Below the pieces are notes generated by a model that worked only from the letters and a program-made list of their open reading frames with translations, was not told the origin of the DNA and did not search any database. Both the position numbers and the translations under genes were made by a program. A stretch of DNA of 64,000 nucleotides from Eledone cirrhosa (taxonomy: Eukaryota), in contig OZ024740.1 in assembly GCA_964016885.1 (NCBI GenBank), positions 364,498,001-364,562,000 on the forward strand. The letters are read 5' to 3'. Below, in pieces: positions 25,716 through 35,740 of this stretch; positions within the stretch are counted from its first letter, which is position 1; each line of letters opens with the position of its first letter.

Positions 25716-27017
25716 AGCCCTCTCCTGTTCATTATAGTTTTTCAGGCAATATCGGAGGAGTTTAAGACCGGATGCCTATGGGAACTCCTGTATGCGGATG
25801 ATCTCACACTTATAGCTGAATCCATGGTGGAACTAGAAAAGAAATTCCAAACATGGAAGCAGGGACTAGAAAGAGAGGGTCTCAAAGTCAACCTGACAAA
25901 GACTAAGGTTCTTGTAAGTAGACGAGAAAACAGAACCCAGATTCCCTCAGGGAAATGGCCTTGCTCAGTATGTAGGAAAGTTGTAGGTAGGAACTCCATC
26001 CTCTGCCCCAAATCAAACAATGGGTACACAAGAGATGTAGTGGGATCTCAGGAAGTTTAACTAAGAATGTAGGCTTCATATGTAGCAGCTGTGCTGGGAC
26101 AGCAAGCAGCAAACGACCACAGGAAACAAGCACCACAAAACTCTGAGAGGGCTCTTAGAAACAGTAGACAGCTTCTGCTACCTAGGTGACCGAATTCGCG
26201 GTGGAGGTGGGTGTTCGGAAAGTACAATAACTCGGGTAAGAACGGGATGGAAGAAGTTCAGGGAGCTACTGCCACTGCTAGCTGCAAAAGGCTTTTCCCT
26301 CAAAATGAAAGGCAGACTGTCAGATGCGTGTATACGAACAGCAATGTTACATCGTAGTGAGACCTGGGCGCTGTCTGTAGAAGACTTGCGCAGTTTAGAA
26401 AGAAACGAAGCTTGCATGCTCCGATGGATGTGTAATAGTAATATACGAGAACGGCAAAGTATAAACGAATTGAGAGAGAGACTGAGCATCAGAGGAATCA
26501 AATGCTGCGTGCAGGAGAGGAGGTTGCGTTGGTATGGACACGTGATGCGTATGAAGGATGACAGCTGCATAAAAAGGTGCAGAGCACTAGAAGTCGATGG
26601 AAGCTGCGGAGTGGGGAGACCCAAGAAGACCTGGGATGAGGTGATAAAGGCCGACCTTACCCAATTGCACCTCTCAAGAGCAATGACACACGACCGTGAC
26701 CTCTGGCGTCACGCAGTAATACAGAAGACCCGATCCCCCATATGAACAAGCTGAAGCATATAGACAATATGCCCCCGCACCCTCCCACTGCAAAGTGGAC
26801 GTGGAGTGCCACTGCAAAAAAGCACCCAGCACTCACTGTAAATGAGGTTGGTTTTAGGAAGGGCATCCAGCTGTAGAAATCAAGCCAGAATCAGTTCCTG
26901 TATGAGCAAGACAAGGTCAGCCAACTGGACACTGCTCACAACAGGACAACCCGTCTAACCCATGCTAGCGTGGAAGAACGGACGTAAAATGATTATGATG
27001 ATGATGATGATGATGAT
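25716..27017 (+). mobile_element. 5'-truncated, degenerate RTE family A copy
   Basis: LLYADDL, disrupted PHD finger, RWYGHVMRM, (GAT)n tail; frameshifts and a stop relative to 31491-33658. Confidence 0.92.
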
Positions 27018-27441
27018 ATATATATAGTGTATTGGCTATCAATTCCCATTCACTACCAATCGTACTTTGATCTGATCAATTGCGAAATCATTTTTATTAA
27101 GGATTTTTCATATTTCCTTATTAGTTTATTTTATCTAGTTTGGAACTGTAGTGTTCTTAAATCTATGTGCGTTTTAACATTTCAAAGACTTGGAGAACAA
27201 CATCTAAGCATGTAAATAACATGCCACCAGTATGAACATTCTGATTGTGAACATGGAGTTGTGAAAGATTTAAAACATTAATACATGCTACTCATCCAAT
27301 CTAAGCACAAAGAACTAAAAGGAAATACATAAATTCCGTTTTAAAATAATCAAACTTCAGCACCGTTGTGTTTTCAATATACCATATTTGGTATCTTCCC
27401 TATTGCAGCTGCAACTTCGATTTATACTTAATATACATATA

Positions 27442-27536
27442 CAGTGGAACCTCGGTTCATGAGCTTAATTCATTCCTGAAGGCTGTTCATCATCTTAAAT
27501 GTTCATAAACTGAAACTATTTTCCCCTTACGAAAAG

Positions 27537-27572
<36 letters not shown>

Positions 27573-27777
27573 GTGAAAGACAGATAAATATCACCATAGT
27601 AACTAACTAAACAGCAAGTAATGCTTTCCCACCGATACTCCAAGCTTGTTGCCAACCATTGTTGCTAGCTTGCCTGTTCATTACTTGAAACATTACTGAG
27701 ACATTTTCTGTTTGGAAAAATTGTTCATGAACTGATTTGTTTGTGATGAGAGGAATTCGTGAACCGTGGTTTCACTG
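27442..27777. mobile_element. pogo/Tigger-like MITE
   Basis: TIRs CAGTGGAACCTCGGTTCATGA / TCGTGAACCGTGGTTTCACTG; TA on both sides. Confidence 0.82.
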
Positions 27778-28235
27778 TATGTATATATATGTACATACAT
27801 ACTTAAACACACACACACACACACACACACATATATCAAATTGGAAACAGAATGAAATGATACAGATGGAACAAACACTACTTGGTCCTCAGCCATCCTT
27901 TCGAGGTACCAACACCCTTTAGATGCCCCCTGTTTATAACTATTTTGTGGATAGAAACTGTCACATCCACAATATACCAAAGTAGCTAGAAAAATTAGCC
28001 TAGTAATTGTTGGAGGAAACAAACAGCAGGATGAAATGAGCAAGTAACATGGCAAAAATAGACTAGTCAGTGAGATGAAGTGTAATTGTGAGATTACACT
28101 TGATAACTCGCAGGTGAGATATAAAGGAAAATAGCAGGCACATATATGAGACAAAATAGCTGAAAGAGAGAGTACAGGAAAATTCTCTTAAATTAAAACA
28201 TTCAGTTGTTAAACCGAAAGTAAAAATGACACACG

Positions 28236-28270
<35 letters not shown>

Positions 28271-28486
28271 TGTGAAACTGAATGGACTAGCAGTACTGTC
28301 AGTCGGGGTCAAAACTATGTATCTGTATTTTGACAGCTGATGACCATAGAGTTGTTTGTCTTGTTCATTATTCAGCAGTAGAATAATACCTACCTATCTT
28401 TCTATCTATTTATCTTCCTAACTGTCTATCTTTCTACCTACCTATCTGTCTATCTATTTGCCTATCTATCTATCTATCTATCTATC

Positions 28487-30060
28487 TATAAAGGTTTACA
28501 GAGGCTAAGCTGAACCGGGACAAGTCGATCGGTCTGCAACTCGGCACGTGGAGGGGAAGATCGATGCCCTCCGATGGCGTCGTTGGGCGCTGGACAGAGG
28601 GCCCGGTGAAGTTGCTTGGGGTCTGCTTCGGACCAGACCTCCAGGTGGAGAAGAACTGGGGTGAGGTAACGAACAGAGTCTTTGCACTGACCCAGAAGTG
28701 GGCCGAGTGAAAACTGTCCCTGAAAGGTCGGGCGGAGGTGGCGAACACTTATATAGCGTCCGTCATCTACTACCGCCTGACCGCTGTGCCTTGCCCAAGG
28801 GAAACGCTCGCCAAAATGGAGCGCGCACTCTTCCAATTCCTTTAGAAGAAGCGGGCTCCTATGGTGAGGAGATCCATCTGCTGTCAACACCCTTCGAAAG
28901 GAGGGCTGGGGATACCGTGGCTAATGATACGTAAACACGCACTAAGGCTACGGCACCTCCAGGTATTCCTCACCGCTCAACCGGTGTGGGCCCCGTTTGT
29001 GAGGTGAGCCTCTCCCAGACTCGTCTCGCTCACCGAGCTGCAATCCTGGGTCAAGCAAAGACCGAGAAAACTGGGCGCCTAGCTCACCGAGTGTGCCCAG
29101 ACGCTCACGGCTCTCTGGCAGGTGAACCTGGCTGTCAGTGGAGAATTCACCTCGTCATTCTATAGAGGGCTGGTGGTTAGCAGGTGCGACGATGCCCTCG
29201 GAGAAGCCCTAGGCATGGAGGAAGACAAACTGGCCAACCTGTTCGGTAGGACATTCAGCCCGGGACCCATGGATAACTTCCAGAGGTCCTTGACCTGGCA
29301 GTGCTACCGAGGAGCTCTGCCCGTTCGAGAAAGGCTCTACAGACACGGGCGCCCGGGTAGGGACCCCTCGAAAAAGATCTGTCGCAGATGCGTGTGCGAT
29401 GAGGAAACCATTGCACACACATTGGTACACTGCTCGGGCATTGCCGATCTGTGGGGCTATGTCGAACGACCGCTGTCACGGGTGGGACCGATCCGGTTGA
29501 CCACCGAGTCTACTGTAATGATCAAGCCGCCTCCTCTCTTCAAAAACGAAGAAGAGGCGGTGTTTCTGTGCGTAATAGCCATGGTGAAAGAGGTTGTATG
29601 GTGGACGCGTCTGAAAGGACTGAGGTCAGACACCTTTCTCTCTGGCCAACAACTGGTCCGTTTCTTCCGATATCATTTCGGAAGAAGGATCAGGATGGAG
29701 AGAGAGGTGCTGCACCCCAGCCGTTTTTATGAAAGATGGGTGAAAGTGGCGAGAATGGCGTGTGAATGGGCCTTCACTCTACATCATACTATAGGTGAGG
29801 AAGATGAAAGATCAAGGGAGCACCCCCTCTCTGTGCTCCTGAGGAGAAGGGTTGCACACTTTTCTCGGAGGTGTGTGCGACCCCCAAGGCTCCTCCTCCC
29901 TATTGAGGATTTTGTTATTAAATTTATTTTTGTTATATTTTATATATTATTTTTATATTTTGTTATTGCCTCCTCCTTATTGAGGACGCCTTTTTATGTA
30001 AACTCCCCCCATTGTACTTGTCCCACTTTTTGATGCCCTGGTGGCAAATAAAAAGAAAGT
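28487..30060 (+). mobile_element. 5'-truncated L1/Tx1-clade LINE (RT C-terminus, zf-RVT-like region, 3' UTR)
   Basis: AKLNRDKS..VKLLGVCFG..LSLKGRAEVANTYIASVIYY..KGGLGIP, then ALPVRERL..CRRC..EETIAHTLVHC. Several in-frame stops; AATAAA near the end; (TATC)n on both sides. Confidence 0.88.
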
Positions 30061-30091
30061 TATCTATCTATCTATCTATCTATCTAACTGA

Positions 30092-30471
30092 TTCTTTTTT
30101 TCAAATACCACTTTGGAAGAAGAGTCAGGATGGAGAGAGAGGTGCTGTACCCCAGCAAGTTTTATGAAAGGTGGATGAAAGTGGCGAGAATGGCCCGAGT
30201 GAATGGGCCTTCTCTCTATATCAGCCTGTAGGTTGAGGAAAAGGAGGAGGAGAGGAAAGGAGTACAAACTCTTCGTACTCCTGGAGATGAGGGTTGCACA
30301 TTTTTTTTTCGGGGGTATGTGTTACCCATATAAACTGTCTCCCTCTATTGGGGAAAATCGACTAACTTTTTAAATTCCATTTGTGATAACATTTTACACG
30401 TTTTTATTGTATGTAAATTTCCCCCTTTGTATTTGTCCCCTTCTTTTGTGCCCCTGTGGCTAATAAAGAAA
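30092..30471 (+). mobile_element. Second, diverged 3' fragment of the same Tx1-like family
   Basis: Aligns to 29661-30060 (AGGATGGAGAGAGAGGTGCTG..., CCC.TGTGGC.AATAAA); flanked by (TATC)n. Confidence 0.85.
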
Positions 30472-31490
30472 TATATCTATCTATCTATCTATCTATCTGT
30501 CTATTGATCTACCTAACTATTTATCATTCTACCTGTCTATATATATCTATTTACCTGTCCATCAATCTCCCTACTTATGTGTGTGTCCATCTTTGGACAA
30601 GAACAATAGCAACAAAACATAATAGGATAAAATGGTAGATATATAGATTGATAGATAGAACAAAATCATAATTTAGTCGAGATATGCTTGATAATGATTA
30701 AAGAAAATATGGAAGAAAATTATCATAGTTATTTAAATGAATGTAAAATTAAATATGGCATTTGCTGGAGTGACAAAAGGGAGAGGGTTTGGGAAAACTT
30801 GAGGATTCAAGAATCTTTACATAGAATGTTGTAATCAAATCAAGGAATTATTAAATTAAATATATCATTATCTATAAAAGGCAGATTTTTGTGTCTGTAT
30901 GTATGTTTCAATTTTATACATTTACACAATTCCAAAAATATTGAATGAATAATTAAGCAGAATGTTTACAAATATTCTAACTTGGGTCATGGGCGAACTT
31001 ATTGGGTAAAAAATGCCCCAATTACGGAAAAATCGATTTATTTCAACAATCAATGATTTCTCCTCATATGATATACGTTTCCTATATCTACTCCCTTCAT
31101 CACCTTCCCTTAAAATTGCTACCTTCTCTTATAAGTGTTTGTGAAAAAGAGAAACATTGAAAAAAAACATATACACACATATATGTGGGTGCATACACAC
31201 ACATATATGTTGGTATGGTTACGATTGACGTCATAAAAACAGGAACGCGGGAATTTCAATCAATCAACACATACACAGTTTGTTTTAGAAATAACAATAG
31301 CATATTATGATAGGGAGGGATATAATGATAAAGAGGGAAAGAGAAACAAACAGACACACTAAAAGACAGATATATGTGTGTGTGTTTGTATTAGCGCGTT
31401 CAAACTCCATTTCGAAGCTGACTTTCATTTACTAAACTGTAAGTAACTTTAACCCTTTATTTTCGACATAAAAATACACACATACATACA

Positions 31491-33658
31491 GGAGGTATTC
31501 AAGATTGCGAGGCAGTGTGTCAGAGATAGTTGTGATGTCATTGGAGAGAAGTGTATCCGGAATGATAAAGGTGAGCTTGCCCTCACAAGTGCTGAGAAGA
31601 AAGATGCATGGAAGAGTCATTATGATAGATTACTAAATGAGGAGAATGCATGGGAAGAAGAGACCCTACCCCACGTAGACCCTATAGAGGGACCAGCAGT
31701 ACAAGTCAGCGGCAGCGTAGTAAGTAAGGCAATCAGAGATATGAAGATAGGGAAGGCAACCGGTCCATCGGGTATAGCTGCCGAGATGCTGAAGGCATCT
31801 GGGTCTGTAGGTCACACTATAACCACACGTATCGTTAACCAGGTAATACTAGAGGGGGCCATACCGAAAGATTGGTGCAGTAGCATCATTGTCAACTGCT
31901 ACAAAGGTAAAGGCGATGCACTAGATAGAGGAAACTATAGAGGTATAAAGTTGATGGACCAGGTCATGAAAGTAACAGAAAGAGTTATAGCACAGCTGAT
32001 TAGGGACCGGGTGAATATAGACGAGATGCAATTTGGGTTTGTACCAGGGAAAGGCACCACTGATGCCCTCTTCCTTGTGAGGCAATTACAGGAAAAGTAC
32101 CTAGCTAAAAGTAAGCCACTCTACTTGGCATTTGTCGACCTTGAGAAAGCCTTTGACAGAGTTCCACGTGCAGTAATCTGGTGGGCTCTTAGAAAACTAG
32201 GAGTAGATGAATGGCTTGTGAAAGCGGTACAAGCCATGTATAGGGGAGCAGTCAGCAAAGTTAGGATTGGCAATGAGTATAGCGAGGAATTTAGCGTACA
32301 GGTTGGGGTCCACCAGGGCTCTGTTCTTAGCCCTCTCCTGTTCATCATAGTCCTGCAGGCAATAACGGAGGAGTTTAAGACCGGATGCCCATGGGAACTC
32401 CTGTATGCTGATGACCTCGCACTCATAGCTGAATCTATGGTAGAACTAGAGAATAAATTCCAAACCTGGAAGCAGGGACTAGAGAGAAAGGGCCTCAAAG
32501 TCAACATGACAAAGACTAAGGTCCTTGTAAGTAGACGAGAAAACAGAACCCAGATCCCCTCAGGGAAATGGCCTTGCTCAGTATGTAGGAAAGGTGTAGG
32601 TAGGAACTCCATTCTCTGCCCCAAATGCAAACAATGGGTACACAAGAGATGTAGCGGGATCTCAGGAAGCTTAATTAAGAATGTAGGATTCACATGCAGC
32701 AGCTGTGCTGAAACAGCAAGCAAACAGCCACAGGAAACAAGTACCACCAATCTCTGGGAGGGCCCTGTAGAAACAGTAGACAGCTTCTGCTACCTAGGTG
32801 ACCGAATTAGCAACGGAGGTGGGTGCTCAGAAAGTACAATAACTAGGGTAAGAACGGGATGGAAGAAGTTTAGGGAACTACTACCACTGCTAGCTGCAAA
32901 AGGCTTCTCCCTCAGAATGAAAGGCAGACTGTATGATGCGTGTATCCGAACAGCGATGTTGCATGGTAGTGAGACCTGGGCGCTGAAGGTGGAAGACTTA
33001 CGTAGATTAGAGAGAAACGAAGCCTGCATGCTCCGATGGATGTGTAACAGTAATATACGTGAACGACAAAGCATAAAGGAATTGAGAGAGAGACTGAGCA
33101 TAAGAGGAATCAAATGCTGCGTGCAGGAGAGGCGGTTACGCTGGTATGGACATGTGATGCGTATGAAGGATGACAGCTGCATAAAAAGGTGCAGAGCACT
33201 AGAAGTTGATGGAAACCGCGGAGTGGGGAGACCCAAGATGACTTGGGATGAGGTGATAAAAGCCGACCTTACCCAACTACACCTCTCAAAGTCAATGACA
33301 CACGACCGTGACTTCTGGCGTCACGCAGTAATACAGGGTACCCGACCTCCCATGGGTACATGCTGAAGCATATAAACAATATGCCCCCCCCCCCCCCCAC
33401 CGCAAGGTGGCCGTGGAGGTGCCACGGCAAAAAAGCACCCAGCCCACACTGTAAAGTGGACGTGTAGGCGCCACGAAAAAGCACCCAGCACTCACTGTAA
33501 ATGAGGTTGGTGTTAGGAAGGGCATCCAGCTGTAGAAATCAAGCCAGATCAGTTCCTGTATGAGCAAGGCATGGTCAGCCGACCAGACACTGCCCACAAC
33601 AGGACAACCCGTCTAACCCATGCTAGCGTGGAAGAACGGACGTAAAACGGTGATGATG
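31491..33658 (+). mobile_element. Young 5'-truncated RTE LINE (family A)
   Basis: Probable 5-bp TSD ATACA (31486-31490 / 33659-33663), inferred by comparison with the uninterrupted Helitron repeat at ~33990-34040. Short (GAT)n tail; APE endonuclease absent due to truncation. Confidence 0.93.
31492..33366 (+). CDS. RTE reverse transcriptase, partial, uninterrupted frame, with embedded PHD-type finger
   Basis: Frame is open from 31492 (EVFKIARQ...). Motifs NYRGIKL, QFGFVPGKGTTDA, DLEKAFDRV, GVHQGSVLSPLLF, YADDL, FCYLG. Confidence 0.92.
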   Translation, partial: EVFKIARQCVRDSCDVIGEKCIRNDKGELALTSAEKKDAWKSHYDRLLNEENAWEEETLPHVDPIEGPAVQVSGSVVSKAIRDMKIGKATGPSGIAAEMLKASGSVGHTITTRIVNQVILEGAIPKDWCSSIIVNCYKGKGDALDRGNYRGIKLMDQVMKVTERVIAQLIRDRVNIDEMQFGFVPGKGTTDALFLVRQLQEKYLAKSKPLYLAFVDLEKAFDRVPRAVIWWALRKLGVDEWLVKAVQAMYRGAVSKVRIGNEYSEEFSVQVGVHQGSVLSPLLFIIVLQAITEEFKTGCPWELLYADDLALIAESMVELENKFQTWKQGLERKGLKVNMTKTKVLVSRRENRTQIPSGKWPCSVCRKGVGRNSILCPKCKQWVHKRCSGISGSLIKNVGFTCSSCAETASKQPQETSTTNLWEGPVETVDSFCYLGDRISNGGGCSESTITRVRTGWKKFRELLPLLAAKGFSLRMKGRLYDACIRTAMLHGSETWALKVEDLRRLERNEACMLRWMCNSNIRERQSIKELRERLSIRGIKCCVQERRLRWYGHVMRMKDDSCIKRCRALEVDGNRGVGRPKMTWDEVIKADLTQLHLSKSMTHDRDFWRHAVIQGTRPPMGTC

Positions 33659-33779
33659 ATACAAAGACCTGTACAGATTTTTTGGGGGGCCTTTCTTATC
33701 AATCTTTTTACATTCAATTATCAGCCTTATACTTTCAAAGTCAATTTTTATGTTGAAGTAACTTTCAACCTTTAATACA

Positions 33780-33811
<32 letters not shown>

Positions 33812-34253
33812 CACACATACATACAAATACATGTCACTTAATTTACACACACATCGGCCTTACACTTTCATACACACATACATACATATACACACATACA
33901 TACAAATACCTGTCACTTAATTTACACACACATCGGCCTTACACTTTCAAACTAAATTTTTATGTAGAAGTAACTTTAACCCTTTCTTTTCGACATAAAA
34001 ATACACACATACATAGAAATACCTGTAAATTTTTTGGGGGGGCCTTTCTTATCAATCTTTTTACATTCAATTATCAGCCTTATACTTTCAAAGTCAATTT
34101 TTATGTTGTAACTTTCACCCTTTATTTTTCGATACCCATTTACTTACTAACATTTGTATCACAACAACAATAACAATATTCATAAACAGACAGTAGACTT
34201 TCAAAGTCAATTATTCTGTAGAAGTAACTTTCACCCTTTCTTTTGGACATAAA

Positions 34254-34730
34254 ATGCCACCTAAAAAAAGAAGTCGCCTCAGTCGACATACCGCGTCAGC
34301 AATGGCGCAAAAGGCTACTATAGCAAATGAGTCCTCTGAGGAAAATGCTTCAAGACTTTCACAGACAGCCTTATGTTCAGCTGAATGTCGAGCCGCTGCA
34401 AGTTTCCAACAGCGCACCGCACGCCTAGCCAAAATGGCTTCATACCAGGCTTCTTCCAGGGCTTCAGAGAGCCGTGAACAAAGGTCGAAGCGCCTGGCTA
34501 GAAACGATGCGACTAATGCTGCTTCCAGGTCTTTGGAACGTTTAAAACAACGGACGGCTCGCCTTCCTACAAACGCTGCGGCAATGACTACTTCCATGGC
34601 CTCTGAAGATGCAGACGGGCGGTCCATTAGCATTGCAAATGTTGCTTCTGCTATTGCTGCCAGACCTTCCCACCAACCACACAACCAATGTTCTACGTTC
34701 AAGCGTAACAGTCGACAGCGAGAAGCTGCA
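34254..34730 (+). pseudogene. Helitron RepHel N-terminus with 23-aa (STPR-like) repeats
   Basis: MPPKKR start, then four 23-residue repeats with an E/A-S-x-E/Q-Q-R-x-x-R-L pattern. Confidence 0.7.
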
Positions 34731-34732
34731 CG

Positions 34733-35740
34733 CAGTGTGACATTGCGTTGTCTGTTGCATCGTCCGGGATCGCTGTTACTTTGCTGCCGGGAGGCAGGAC
34801 AGCACATTCAACCTTTAAACTCCCTTTGGATTTAGTAAAAACTGAGACACCAACATGCAATATCAGCAAGAGTTCACACAAAGCTATGGTTCTCAAAATA
34901 TGTTGCCTCATTGTTTGGGATGAGTGCACAATGGAACACAAGGGTGCCCTTGAGGCATTGGACAGGGCCCGGAAAGACATTAGGGATTCTACGGCTCCTA
35001 TGGGTGGCGTAACCCTTCTGCTATCAGGGGATTTTTGGAAAACGCTGCCTGTCATCCCCAAATGGACAAGAGCTGATAAAGTGCGTGCCTGTCTTAAGTC
35101 GTCCATGTTGTGGCTCCAGGTGAATAGTTTGTACCTGAGCACAAAAATGCGTGCTCATTTGCATGGTGACAACATGTCTGCAGCACAGAACATTTTAGTA
35201 CTTGGTGAGGGCAAGATCCCTGCGGATGACAAGGGCGGCATAGCAATCGACACCCTGTGCAACATTGTGAGTAGCCCTTCTGACCTTTGGGAAGCAGTTT
35301 TTCCTAATGTCTCATCTAACTTTAAAAACCTCGATTGGCTCAGCGAAAGAGCCATCCTTGCTCCGAAAAATACCATGGTTAATTTTATTAACGAGCAGCT
35401 GATTGAGAAGATTCCTGGTAAAGAGCACATCTTCAAATCAGACCCCGACGATATCATTAATTATCCAGTTGAGTTATTAAATCTCCTTGAGCCCTCAGGG
35501 CTCCCACCTCACATTATTAAGCTTAGGGTTGGCTGTCCCATTATGCTAATAAGGAACTTGCGTCCACCAAAGCAGTGCAACGGTACTCACATGGTCGTCA
35601 AGTCACTGACACCCACTTGATTGAGGCCACCATTGTAACGGGGTGCGGAAGAGGGGAGAATGTTTTCATTCCAAGGATGAACCTTTTCCCCTCGGCGTCA
35701 GATATCCCGTTCGATTTCCGGCAATCACAATTCCCGGTCT
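34733..35740 (+). pseudogene. PIF1-family helicase remnant of Helitron RepHel
   Basis: VASSGIAVTLLPGGRTAHSTFKLP, IVWDECTM, GGVTLLLSGDF, ERAILAPKN, SGLPPH.IKLRVGCPIMLIRNL..CNGT. Walker A is missing; stop at 35618-35620. Confidence 0.92.

Noticed and set aside
27870-27975. Possible R4/Dong-like LINE 3' end on minus
   Set aside because: Too short and degenerate to support.
32121-33236. Antisense ORFs repeated at several loci (MGLPTPRF..., MVVLVSCG...)
   Set aside because: Shadow frames of the RTE RT; they recur only because the element recurs.
34748-35620. Host PIF1 helicase gene
   Set aside because: Intronless, lacks Walker A, has a premature stop and is bounded by Helitron termini.
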